Source of the DNA: an uncultured Alphaproteobacteria bacterium | GTDB taxonomy: Bacteria > Pseudomonadota > Alphaproteobacteria > RF32 > CAG-239 | NCBI GenBank assembly: GCA_949297145.1 | Contig: CASFQO010000011.1 | Location: 52,148 to 116,147, forward strand | Direction of reading: 5' to 3' | Length of the DNA: 64,000 nucleotides | Shown here: piece by piece, positions 51,171 through 60,659 of the stretch | Numbering within the stretch: position 1 is the first letter of the stretch | How the letters are laid out: each line of letters starts with the position of its first letter | Translations under genes and position numbers: made by a program | Notes under the pieces: generated by a model | Told to the model about the DNA's origin: nothing | Database searches by the model: none | The model's input: the letters and a program-made list of their open reading frames with translations, nothing else

Positions 51171-52150
51171 TGGAAACCGTATTAGTCTTATTGATTATTG
51201 CCGCTTTTGCGATTGCGATAAAAGGTTGTATCATTGTAGAACAACAGGAAGTTGTGATTGTTCAGAGGCTAGGAAAATATAAAGAAACACTGACTGCCGG
51301 ACTAAATTTCATTGTTCCTTTCATTGATGCACCCAAGAGCGTATATAAAAAAGTCAGCACCACCTATCCTGATGGCCGCACCTATTCTTATATGCAAAAG
51401 AGCACTCGTTTAGATTTAAGAGAAACGGTATACGATTTTCCCCGTCAAAACGTTATCACCAAAGACAACGTATCAATTGCCATCAATGCCGTTTTGTATT
51501 TTCAAATCATCAATCCGGAAAAAGCCGTTTATGGGGTAGAAAATTTATCTGAAGCGATTGAAAAATTAACCCAAACAACTCTACGCCAACTCATTGGTAA
51601 AATGGAGTTGCAAGAGACCCTGGTTTCACGTGATAAAATCAACGAAGAATTGAGAGGAATTTTAGACACCGCCTCTGACAAATGGGGCGTCAAAGTCAAC
51701 CGCATCGAGCTGCAAGACATTATGCCTCCGGCAGACATTCAAGCCGCCATGGATAAGCAGATGAAGGCCGAACGCGAAAAACGCGCGATGATATATGAAG
51801 CCGAAGGCGAAAAAGAATCATCCATCCGCATCGCAGAAGGACAAAAGGAAGCCGCCATCCGCAAAGCCGAAGGTGAAAAGGAAGCCTCCATCTTAAAAGC
51901 CGAGGGTATTGCGCAAGCACGCATGGTGGAAGCCGAAGCCGAAAAAGAAGCAATTAAAAGAATAATTGAAGCTCTTTCTTCCAAAGGCCAAGCCGACAAA
52001 TATCTGATTGCGATGAAGTATCTGGAAACCATGAAAGAAATGACCTCAGGCCAAGACAACAAGATTGTTTATATGCCCTATGAAGCCAGTGCCGTATTAA
52101 GCTCTGTTGATGGCATCCGTGAAATGCTTTCAACCAAAAAAGGCGCATAA
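51170..52150 (+). CDS. SPFH/band 7 (QmcA-like) protein
   Basis: RLGKY, VITKDNV, WGVKV.RIE, QMKAERE, AEG repeats. Confidence 0.93.
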   Translation: METVLVLLIIAAFAIAIKGCIIVEQQEVVIVQRLGKYKETLTAGLNFIVPFIDAPKSVYKKVSTTYPDGRTYSYMQKSTRLDLRETVYDFPRQNVITKDNVSIAINAVLYFQIINPEKAVYGVENLSEAIEKLTQTTLRQLIGKMELQETLVSRDKINEELRGILDTASDKWGVKVNRIELQDIMPPADIQAAMDKQMKAEREKRAMIYEAEGEKESSIRIAEGQKEAAIRKAEGEKEASILKAEGIAQARMVEAEAEKEAIKRIIEALSSKGQADKYLIAMKYLETMKEMTSGQDNKIVYMPYEASAVLSSVDGIREMLSTKKGA

Positions 52151-52179
52151 CTAAAACCTTAAAAATATAAGGACGAAAA

Positions 52180-52545
52180 ATGTTTATACTACTCACCATC
52201 GGAATTGTCATCTTAAAATTTTTAGCGCTGGCTGTCGTCGGCCTATTCTTCGCTGAAGATTTGGAGCTGACACGTTCCGTCGGAGGTGCTGTTTATTCAG
52301 CTTATTTCACCATAGGATTATGTACTTTTTTTGCATTATTTTTCTTCGTTTTGGGGAAAAGGCTTTTCTGGCTGATTATAGCAGGCGTACTAGGGTTCTT
52401 TTACTTAGGAATGTATAATGGCGCCCCAGGCATAAAAGATGTACACGCCAGCAATGATTTAAAAAGCCGATATTTTAAGGATACAGACACTTTCATCGCG
52501 CGTATGCATGATGTGGTCAAAATTATTCAAAAAGATAAGCAGTGA
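52180..52545 (+). CDS. hypothetical membrane protein
   Basis: 121 aa, about 3 TM helices, SD AAGGA. Confidence 0.7.
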   Translation: MFILLTIGIVILKFLALAVVGLFFAEDLELTRSVGGAVYSAYFTIGLCTFFALFFFVLGKRLFWLIIAGVLGFFYLGMYNGAPGIKDVHASNDLKSRYFKDTDTFIARMHDVVKIIQKDKQ

Positions 52546-52546
52546 C

Positions 52547-52584
52547 AAAAAAATCCTCGTTTTAACATCAAAACGAGGATTTTC
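52547..52584. terminator. bidirectional terminator
   Basis: AAAATCCTCGTTTT..AAAACGAGGATTTT between convergent genes. Confidence 0.8.
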
Positions 52585-52602
52585 AATAACAACACCGTTT
52601 AG

Positions 52603-53139
52603 TTAGAATTGACCACCAAACTTTTCTTCATAAGCATCACGAGCTTCTTCAATCAATTTTTTCGCCTCACTTGGCCCCAAAAATTTTTCAATAGTAACTT
52701 GCTTTTTTTCCAAAACTTTATAATCTTCAAAAAAGCGTTGCAACATTTTCAAAATATGCGGCGGTAATTGAGATATATCCGTAAACACATTATACTCCGG
52801 ATCGTCCTCATGGATAGCAATAATTTTATCATCAGCTTCACCGCAATCAATCATTTTCATCACCCCGATAGGTCTTGCACGCATAATAGAAAGCGGCACA
52901 ATCGGTTCTTGACCTAAAACAAGAATATCAAGCGGATCATTGTCTTCACAATACGTTTGCGGAATAAAGCCGTAGTTTGCCGGATAATGCACGGAAGAAT
53001 AAAGAATACGATCCACTTTTAACAATCCGCTTTCTTTATCCAATTCATATTTAACTTGAGACCCTTTCGGCACTTCAATAATCGCCGGAATGATATTCGG
53101 AAACTGTGAATAATGTTTTACTTGATGCCACGGATGCAT
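52603..53139 (-). CDS. ppa: inorganic pyrophosphatase (family I)
   Basis: [28 protein letters not shown]. Confidence 0.96.
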   Translation of the reverse strand: MHPWHQVKHYSQFPNIIPAIIEVPKGSQVKYELDKESGLLKVDRILYSSVHYPANYGFIPQTYCEDNDPLDILVLGQEPIVPLSIMRARPIGVMKMIDCGEADDKIIAIHEDDPEYNVFTDISQLPPHILKMLQRFFEDYKVLEKKQVTIEKFLGPSEAKKLIEEARDAYEEKFGGQF

Positions 53140-53286
53140 AACAACTCTCCTAAAAAACTCAAAACAGCAAGAAAATAATCTTTGTCATATTTTTTGTCAA
53201 GAGAAACTTTTTCAGAAAAAGACATTGCTATCTAAAGAAAAGCGTGTTAGAGTGTAAGGATTAGTAATATACTCTGGAGAATAAAA

Positions 53287-54822
53287 ATGAAAACATATAC
53301 CCTAGACCAATTAATTAATTTGGATTCTGGCGGAATAGACATCGTACAAAAAAATAACGACGACGATGCCCAAAATTTTTTGGAAGAAAAAAAGGAAGAA
53401 CTTTCATTTTTAAGTCCCCGAGAGTATGAGCAACTCAAAGAATACTATACAGACACGATGGAAAAATATCGCCTGATATATGAGGCCATCGTTTCAGGTT
53501 TTTCCACTTCGAACAACCCTGGTTTTCCGGAATATATTTATAACATCAATCTCAAAGACGGTAGCATAGAAAGAGACAAAAACGGCCGTTTAATTAGCTA
53601 TTCAACAGAAGTTTTAGCGCCCTGCTCAACTTCAATGCTGCACTACATCAACCATGAATGTAATGATGTCTTTGTTATCATCCCGCCGATTAAAAGCGAG
53701 CAGCGTACTGCTGAAAAGATGATTTCGGAGTGTCTTCGCGAATATGATGCGGAAAAAGAAAACAATCTGAATAAATTTACAACAGACCCAACTTTTAATC
53801 CGGAAGATGAGCCGGAATTGCCTTTCCCAACAACAAATGATAAAAAGCAAACTTCATCTTGCCAAACAGCCTTGCGGCTCAACGATTTATTTGATGAAGA
53901 AAAGACCTCCGACGCTCTCATCAACATCGCTAAGAAAGATATTATTCCGCACGATATTTACCGCTTATCCATCACCTCCAAATACCCAAATGATTTGGAA
54001 GAGCTGATAAAAGAATTGGAAGCCAAATTTCCACCGTACATTTCTTTTGAAAAAGGCGAGCGAAACCTTTATAAAAAGAATTTGAGTGAAAATACGCGTA
54101 ACTATTTTGATATCAAAAAGACCGCTCGAATTACCATTCCCGAAACCGGAAAAACATTTTTCATTGAATTTCAATTCAAACAAACATTAATGTTTTTCGC
54201 CCACCTTCGTTCGCACGCTGCATATGAAGAGTATCGGATATTAGAAGCCAAATATCAGGCCTTAAAAGATGCAGAACAAAAAAATAAAAACAAGAACGTC
54301 ACCACACGCCAAAAATTACAGCAACTCAAAAAACAGCGTGATGAAAAAAAAGAATTATGTTTACAAATCCACCGCAACGCCGTCCATCAAAGCAATTTAT
54401 ACTTGATGCATAAAATTCAGTGGCTGGATGACAATGCCAGAGGCCTTCATCGCGTGCCGGACTATACGGATGACAAATACAAACATTCGGTAGATACCAT
54501 TAAGAAGAACTATATCGTAGAAAGCTATGAACCTTTTGACGGAGCCACCGCTTTTACAACAACGCCGGATGAATATCTGAATAAATCTTTTTATTTAAAG
54601 ATGATAGGCATTCTTCCGGAAAGTTTTGATGAACTAGGCAAAAATGCAAAAGACCATGTCATGAAAGCATGGAACACCTTAACACCGGCCGATTTAAAAG
54701 ATTTTACGCGTATTAGCAAAACAGCCGTCAAATACCAAGACGTCATCAAAGACATTCAAAAAAAGCGCAAGATGATGGATTCCGTGACACTCTTAAACAC
54801 TTTTGCCCAAAACGAACGATAA
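53287..54822 (+). CDS. stand-alone RelA/SpoT-like nucleotidyltransferase (alarmone synthetase-like) protein
   Basis: Ordered motifs IKSEQRTAEK, HDIYRLSI, NYFDIK, IEFQFK, SHAAYEEYR. Confidence 0.7.
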   Translation: MKTYTLDQLINLDSGGIDIVQKNNDDDAQNFLEEKKEELSFLSPREYEQLKEYYTDTMEKYRLIYEAIVSGFSTSNNPGFPEYIYNINLKDGSIERDKNGRLISYSTEVLAPCSTSMLHYINHECNDVFVIIPPIKSEQRTAEKMISECLREYDAEKENNLNKFTTDPTFNPEDEPELPFPTTNDKKQTSSCQTALRLNDLFDEEKTSDALINIAKKDIIPHDIYRLSITSKYPNDLEELIKELEAKFPPYISFEKGERNLYKKNLSENTRNYFDIKKTARITIPETGKTFFIEFQFKQTLMFFAHLRSHAAYEEYRILEAKYQALKDAEQKNKNKNVTTRQKLQQLKKQRDEKKELCLQIHRNAVHQSNLYLMHKIQWLDDNARGLHRVPDYTDDKYKHSVDTIKKNYIVESYEPFDGATAFTTTPDEYLNKSFYLKMIGILPESFDELGKNAKDHVMKAWNTLTPADLKDFTRISKTAVKYQDVIKDIQKKRKMMDSVTLLNTFAQNER

Positions 54823-54933
54823 CAAGCCATAAAAGTTCCCATAAAATAGTCATCTTTTCTATTGACTAAAATCCAAAAAAAACATATCAAAGGAAAGTAA
54901 TACTTATTTTTATGAACTCTAAAATGAACTATT

Positions 54934-55371
54934 ATGGAACAAAAAAAGACAACTGAGCCGCATTTTCCATTAAAAATTTTGGTAAGAACCGCTAAAGAAA
55001 ACTTCGTGCAAAAAGACGCACCTTCCGCAGAAGACATCAAACTAGGCATATGTGTTGAACAAAATGCCTGGTTGCTGGTCAAAATTCCAACAGATCGTTG
55101 CTCGCCGGAAAGTTTCTTAAAAACCGTTGCCAATCTGACAGGATTACCGGTTCACTATCCGAAAGCAGAAGATTTTGCTAAATTAAAAGAAGTTTTTCCC
55201 ATGGTAACAGAAATCTGTGCAACCCTAAAAAAGGATGAGCGAACAAACCGTGGATTAAGCTATTCTCACATAGACAATTTTAATGAAGAAGAAGAGCGAG
55301 TTTTGCAAAATTTTCTAACCAATCATCGACCGAGTTATATTCGTCTTGTGATTAACTTAGATGAGCTATAA
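54934..55371 (+). CDS. hypothetical protein
   Basis: 145 aa; TTGACT -35 element upstream; hairpin at about 55429..55458. Confidence 0.65.
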   Translation: MEQKKTTEPHFPLKILVRTAKENFVQKDAPSAEDIKLGICVEQNAWLLVKIPTDRCSPESFLKTVANLTGLPVHYPKAEDFAKLKEVFPMVTEICATLKKDERTNRGLSYSHIDNFNEEEERVLQNFLTNHRPSYIRLVINLDEL

Positions 55372-55543
55372 ACGGAAAACAAGCCTTAATGCCACCCAAG
55401 AAAAAGGGCCGCATTTTATGTAAAAACAAAGGAGCCTCTATAAAAAGAAGCTCCTTTTATTTTAGCAAACGACATTTTTCAACCGTAAAATTTTTCATAA
55501 AAAAGATTGAAAAAAATGATTTTTTTTGTAAAATAACTTCATT

Positions 55544-55858
55544 ATGAGAAAGTTTATTGCCATATTGATGATAATCACGTTTACGACATCCATTTTTGAT
55601 ATCTTGGACGCCAATGAACTGTGCTTTGATAACGGCAAACAAATTTTCTCCACCGACAATCCAAACGCCGATAACGAATATGACGGCTTGAACGATAACG
55701 GCTTCCAATATACCACTGTAGAAAATTTCTTTTTACCCTATTTTCCGCAAGTCTACAAAGAAAAGCGTGTTTTGCAGCATAAGATTTCAGCTCTAAACAC
55801 GACCTTATTTTTTTATAACTACATCCCCGCAAATAACGAACAACCTCCGAGAGTTTAG
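55544..55858 (+). CDS. small exported protein ending in QPPRV
   Basis: Signal-like N-terminus MRKFIAILMIITF. Confidence 0.55.
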   Translation: MRKFIAILMIITFTTSIFDILDANELCFDNGKQIFSTDNPNADNEYDGLNDNGFQYTTVENFFLPYFPQVYKEKRVLQHKISALNTTLFFYNYIPANNEQPPRV

Positions 55859-55923
55859 TCTTATTTTTCCCATAAATATCGGGATACAAATTTTTGGTAA
55901 AGACTAAACAAACGAGGACGACC

Positions 55924-56445
55924 ATGCAACAAGAATTGCATCTTTTTATCATATGGAGCAAAGGACTCTATTTGCAAGAACCTATTATTGATGATATAAA
56001 AAAGCACTTTGAAATCAAACAAATATTTAACTGCAACTGGGAAAAGCAAAGTTTTGCCTCACACTTATCGCGTTTTTACGGCAAAAAGCTCTTCCAGTGT
56101 TATAAAAAAGAAAAACGCTGCGGCAACGACAACTTTTTAGCCATTGTTGTGATAGACAAACACCCTCACTACAAAGATGGGTTAAACACCAACACGGCAG
56201 AGCTAAAATATAAATACAGAAGCTGGTATGGAGGTGGATTTTTAATACACGCCAGCGATACGGCAGAAGAAGGCGCAGAGAATCTCAAAACCTTAACAGG
56301 TTTAAGCGTACCGGAATTTTTGGCGCGTTATCCCAAAGATTGGGATGGAAACCATATTTCTCAATTAGAAGAAAAGCCGCTTGCCTTAGCACCAAAAGAA
56401 AATTTTTATCTCAAATTGCTCCATAGCTTCAGTATCTTTTTTTAA
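55924..56445 (+). CDS. NDP-kinase-fold-like hypothetical protein
   Basis: ELHLFIIW, LSRFYG, KYR...GG..IHASDT; start ATG 55924 after GAGGA. Confidence 0.6.
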   Translation: MQQELHLFIIWSKGLYLQEPIIDDIKKHFEIKQIFNCNWEKQSFASHLSRFYGKKLFQCYKKEKRCGNDNFLAIVVIDKHPHYKDGLNTNTAELKYKYRSWYGGGFLIHASDTAEEGAENLKTLTGLSVPEFLARYPKDWDGNHISQLEEKPLALAPKENFYLKLLHSFSIFF

Positions 56446-56505
56446 TAGACTTTTATAAAACCGACTTTTATACTTACTAAAAGAAAACGATAAAAGGATA
56501 CACCG

Positions 56506-57141
56506 ATGAATAACTTGCCCGATACCCAAGTACCCACCATACAATATGCCATCTTTGATGTCGGACAAGTTATTTATCCATTTTCACTAAATCCCCTAAA
56601 AGAACTGTTGGAAAAGCTAACCACTTCTCCATCTTTATATGAAAACAACGCCAACCCGCTACATTACAATTATAACCCCTATATGAAAGGGGAAATGAAC
56701 AAAGAAGAATTTGCAAAAGACCTCTGCACCTTTTGCCATGTTCCATACACCAAGCCTCTTGCTAAAGACATTCAAAAAGCCTTGCATGAAGGATGCGGCC
56801 CCCGATACGAAGAAACAACAAACGCCATAAAGTACCTAAAACAAAGAGGCCTTACCATTTGCATCCTCTCTAATGCTTTACCAACCCTCAAAGATACCGT
56901 CTCCGGAATAACCACTCCGCAATACATTTTTGCCTCTTATCAGCTGGGTTTATTAAAGCCGGATACGCACATTTACGAACGCGTCAGAAGCGCTCTGGAT
57001 GTACCATATAGCCACCTTCTGTTCATAGATGATAAAGCAAAAAACATAGAAGCCGCCCAAAAACTCGGTATACACGGGATTATCTATAATCGCAACACCA
57101 TTTTAGATGACATAAAATCAGCCCTGTCGGCGGAAGAGTAA
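56506..57141 (+). CDS. HAD-superfamily phosphatase (YihX-like)
   Basis: FDVGQV, LSN, KP, FIDD..NI.AA...G. Confidence 0.88.
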   Translation: MNNLPDTQVPTIQYAIFDVGQVIYPFSLNPLKELLEKLTTSPSLYENNANPLHYNYNPYMKGEMNKEEFAKDLCTFCHVPYTKPLAKDIQKALHEGCGPRYEETTNAIKYLKQRGLTICILSNALPTLKDTVSGITTPQYIFASYQLGLLKPDTHIYERVRSALDVPYSHLLFIDDKAKNIEAAQKLGIHGIIYNRNTILDDIKSALSAEE

Positions 57142-58326
57142 TCGCCACATAATAAACACACAGAGCAAACAAGCCACCCCATTGATAGCAAAAATCCGCC
57201 CCACGCCATAAAGATTAGCAAACTGACTAAAAAAGATAATTCCGAGCGGAAGTGCAGCCGCAGTCACAAACTGCAAAAAGCCAAAAATCCGCCCCTGAAA
57301 CGGCACCATTACTTTTTCTTGAATAAGTGTCGTAACCGGAGTGTTATAACAAGGCACCGTAACTCCGGCCATCAGATTAATCCAAAGATATAAGACAAAG
57401 GTATCGGCACGCCCCAGCCCAATCATAAACAAGCCATAAAGCGCAGCCGCCGCCAACATAATCTGCAACTTGTATTTTGTTTTGTTTAACCCTATCACGA
57501 CAACACCGCCAATCACCATTCCCAAACTATAAACAGCTTCGGCATAACTCAACAAATCAATATCTTTTCCGAAAGTCTGACTAACAAGCAACGGATTCAA
57601 AAATGCCGACGGACTAATTAAAAACAAAATCACAAATTGAAAAAAGAGTACTCTGAAAATCAAACTATTTTCTCTTAAATAAAGCCATCCCTGCCGAACC
57701 GATAAATATGTATTTTTCAACCACTGTCCGGTACTCAAAGCCATTTTATCATCCGGCTTAAACGGCGCCACTTTAAGCCACATCAGCAGAGAAACTCCCA
57801 CAATCGCCGTTATAATATCTGAAAAGAGCAACGCCGTAAACGGCAAATAATTTAAGAGCACGCCTCCCAACAATGGTGCAATTAACATCATCCCGGAATT
57901 AAGCGCACTGTTAATACCGTTTATTCGCATCAAATTTTCTTTACCAACAATCTGCGGAATAAGCGCATTAACAGCCGGCATCTGCACCCCGGTTGCCAAC
58001 GCCCGCACCACCAAAACCAGAAAAATAACCGCCATTGTCTCTTTATGAAAATAAAACAAAACCGCCAATCCGGTTGTCACTAGCGCCGTTAAGACATCCG
58101 CGGCAATAATCACCTTTTTGCGATTATATTTATCAATCCACACCCCAGCAAACATAGAAACAGCCAGTTGCGGCAAAAAGCCGGAAATAGCCGATACCGC
58201 TAACATAGTTGCCGATTCGGTCACAATAGTCACATACCATACAATGGCAAACTGTACCACCAGCGATCCCCAAAGCGAAATCGTTTGCGCGCCCAAAAAT
58301 AATCCAATAGCCGCCGATGACTTCAT
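57118..58326 (-). CDS. MFS efflux transporter (DHA3/Mef-like)
   Basis: SL.GS..VQFAIVW, G...D...RK, QGRIFG. Confidence 0.88.
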   Translation of the reverse strand: MKSSAAIGLFLGAQTISLWGSLVVQFAIVWYVTIVTESATMLAVSAISGFLPQLAVSMFAGVWIDKYNRKKVIIAADVLTALVTTGLAVLFYFHKETMAVIFLVLVVRALATGVQMPAVNALIPQIVGKENLMRINGINSALNSGMMLIAPLLGGVLLNYLPFTALLFSDIITAIVGVSLLMWLKVAPFKPDDKMALSTGQWLKNTYLSVRQGWLYLRENSLIFRVLFFQFVILFLISPSAFLNPLLVSQTFGKDIDLLSYAEAVYSLGMVIGGVVVIGLNKTKYKLQIMLAAAALYGLFMIGLGRADTFVLYLWINLMAGVTVPCYNTPVTTLIQEKVMVPFQGRIFGFLQFVTAAALPLGIIFFSQFANLYGVGRIFAINGVACLLCVFIMWRLLFRRQG

Positions 58327-58349
58327 CAATAATTGACCTCAAAAAGCTT

Positions 58350-58754
58350 CTAATTTTGTTTCTCATCAAGAAAGGTTTTCCCATTAATCAACAATTTCAA
58401 AGCCAAGGGGTGTCTTCCTTTTTGATACGCAAAAACAATCTCCGCCTGGTTTTGAGTATTTTGAATTTCCTTTTCTAAATCTTGTGCCAATTCTTGAGGA
58501 ACATAAAAAGTATAACTTTGCTCAAACTCTTTTTGCGGACATATTTTATCAGGAAATTGTGCACAATCGGTCTTGCTCCAATCAATAGAATAGCGGATAT
58601 AATGCCCCGCCAACAAATCCCGCGGATCATACCCTTGAATGCGGACTTTAACCTCTACTCCCATCGCAATCTGCATCAAGAAATACCCGCAAATCCCAAC
58701 AAAAAATATCACCGGCACGAGAGCAGCAACATAGTTTTGTATTTTCTTAAGCAT
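58350..58754 (-). CDS. GDYXXLXY-domain protein
   Basis: YDPRDLLAGHYIRY and FYVP; paired with a DUF2157 gene. Confidence 0.8.
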   Translation of the reverse strand: MLKKIQNYVAALVPVIFFVGICGYFLMQIAMGVEVKVRIQGYDPRDLLAGHYIRYSIDWSKTDCAQFPDKICPQKEFEQSYTFYVPQELAQDLEKEIQNTQNQAEIVFAYQKGRHPLALKLLINGKTFLDEKQN

Positions 58755-59697
58755 GATTTTTCTCCTCTAAAACACGGCGTATAAATTTAGGTATAAAGAC
58801 AAGCGCCGCAATAAGCAGAGCTCCGCTGATAACCAACCCGATACCTGTTTCAAACAGCCCGAAACGTTCCCCAAAATTGACATAGAGCATCAGAATGGCC
58901 AAGCCCTCTAATTTAAGAAATGAGCGCACGATTTTATGATATTTAACCCGCGCAAATACACCCGCCAAAATACCGACATATAAAAACGACTTAAAGAGCA
59001 TAATCAAACCATCACCAGAGTCAAATCCGGCAGTAATGATATAAAAAGCCAATAACAAATACAAACAAACCAACGCTTCCCGAAACAACACAACGCCCAC
59101 CGAAATTTTAGGCTTCCACCAATCAAACACTTTTCCAGCTCCCACAAGAACTGCAAAGAAAAGCAAAACATAATCAAGTGTTGCAAAAAAGTTCCACCAC
59201 CTATCACACAAAAAGAGCACCGCCCAAGTTAAAAAAAGCGGCATCCAAAAATAAGAAACCAACCTTTGTTCTGGCAAAAACAACAAAGAAGCCGTCATCA
59301 GCGCCCAAACGCCTAAAGGAGAATAGATTTCTCCGCCGCTGAGCTGAAATATCTGAATAACAAGGCCAACTGCCGCACCGGAAAAAAGAAACTCACTCAG
59401 CGCCCATTTTTCAGCCGTTTTCCATTTATTTTGTCGTCCGTAATATAACACACCACCCGCAGACAAAAGCAACAGTACAAACATCCCGATAAGTTTAGCC
59501 CACTTTCCGATATCATACCAATTTGCCGCCACAATAGAAATCACGCCCACACCAAGCGTAAAAATCCCCAATGTCATAAGCGCGCGATAAAGCCAAGTCC
59601 GCCCATTGTCACTATCAAAATCCAAAATCTGCAACTTCTGCGTTGGCGTAATAATCCCTGCGGCCACCAATCTATCCAGTTGTCTCGGCTTAAACAT
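58747..59697 (-). CDS. DUF2157 membrane protein
   Basis: GII...Q, G...GVI..VAANW..I...K, L..Q.FQL. Confidence 0.82.
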   Translation of the reverse strand: MFKPRQLDRLVAAGIITPTQKLQILDFDSDNGRTWLYRALMTLGIFTLGVGVISIVAANWYDIGKWAKLIGMFVLLLLSAGGVLYYGRQNKWKTAEKWALSEFLFSGAAVGLVIQIFQLSGGEIYSPLGVWALMTASLLFLPEQRLVSYFWMPLFLTWAVLFLCDRWWNFFATLDYVLLFFAVLVGAGKVFDWWKPKISVGVVLFREALVCLYLLLAFYIITAGFDSGDGLIMLFKSFLYVGILAGVFARVKYHKIVRSFLKLEGLAILMLYVNFGERFGLFETGIGLVISGALLIAALVFIPKFIRRVLEEKNHA

Positions 59698-59796
59698 ATC
59701 CTCACCTCTCTAAAACTTTTAAGAATAGGCCAATCCTATCGTAAAAAGATAAATAAAGCGTAAAATAAAAATCCACTTCCACACATCCGCCAACAC

Positions 59797-59826
59797 AAAA
59801 AAGCGACAGTTTTTAACTGCCGCTTT
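59797..59826 (-). terminator. intrinsic terminator
   Basis: AAAGCGGCAGT..ACTGTCGCTTTTTT on the minus strand. Confidence 0.7.
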
Positions 59827-59999
59827 AAGTTTAGAGAGGTGAAACGAATTATGCAAATTTCTTCACATACTCGCAACTTTTCAATACATCTTCAATCGTT
59901 GCATTTTCTGCAAAGAGTTTAACCAAGACGTCAGCACATACCTTTCACATCAAAAGAAACAAAATCCCCAATACGACAAAACGTAATTTTTTGCTTTAA

Positions 60000-60449
60000 C
60001 TAAAGAAATGGTTCTGATGGCTCATACATACGAGAATCAAAGAAACCATATTCTTGCCGATCTAGAGAAATGTAATACTCTTTATAAACAAGACATTGCC
60101 CTAAACGATTATGAACCGAACAATTAGTTCCTAAAAATTTTTCTTTCAACCAAATCTCAGAAACATCTTCCCTCGAAACAGGAATTTGAAGTAATTCCTC
60201 AAAAAATTTCGCCGCATCATATTCTGACCAAAAAACTATGTCATAATGTCCCATAACAGTATGAGCACAAGGAGGAGATGGTAGCCACGGATCATTAGAT
60301 TTAGATTTTTTCTCCAAAAATTCATCGACAAGTCGACGAACATTGGCGATTTTATCTTCCTCATTTCGAGGAAGTTTCTCTTTAACCTCCATAGCCGCAG
60401 ACAGCTTATGTCCCAACTGCGCAAAATAAGTAATAATTTTTTTAATCAT
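60000..60449 (-). CDS. hypothetical protein
   Basis: 149 aa; promoter TTGACA-N16-TATAAA. Confidence 0.6.
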   Translation of the reverse strand: MIKKIITYFAQLGHKLSAAMEVKEKLPRNEEDKIANVRRLVDEFLEKKSKSNDPWLPSPPCAHTVMGHYDIVFWSEYDAAKFFEELLQIPVSREDVSEIWLKEKFLGTNCSVHNRLGQCLVYKEYYISLDRQEYGFFDSRMYEPSEPFL

Positions 60450-60659
60450 AATATCATAAGTTTTAAATTACGGCATCTTTATACCATTTTTTCACTTTTT
60501 GTCAACTTTCAATTTTTCAACCGCTAAGACCTTTCCTTAAACACCGAAATTTCGCCGTAAAACAAACTATTATTTCGTTCAGTAAAAGATGAAATATTTT
60601 TTAATAATCTCCAATCACTAACATTCCATTTTTTGCTTTAACGACACCCAATTAAACCA

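Noticed and set aside
59851-59922. 23-aa plus-strand ORF (MQISSHTRNF...) after GAGAGGTGA
   Set aside because: Short, with no recognisable features or promoter; the SD-like sequence is already explained by the inverted repeat.
59849-59999. Possible read-through or pseudogene extension of ORF 60000..60449 past its TAG
   Set aside because: The in-frame continuation stops at TGA after 22 codons; reaching the TAA at 59849 would also need a frameshift, and there is no homology support.
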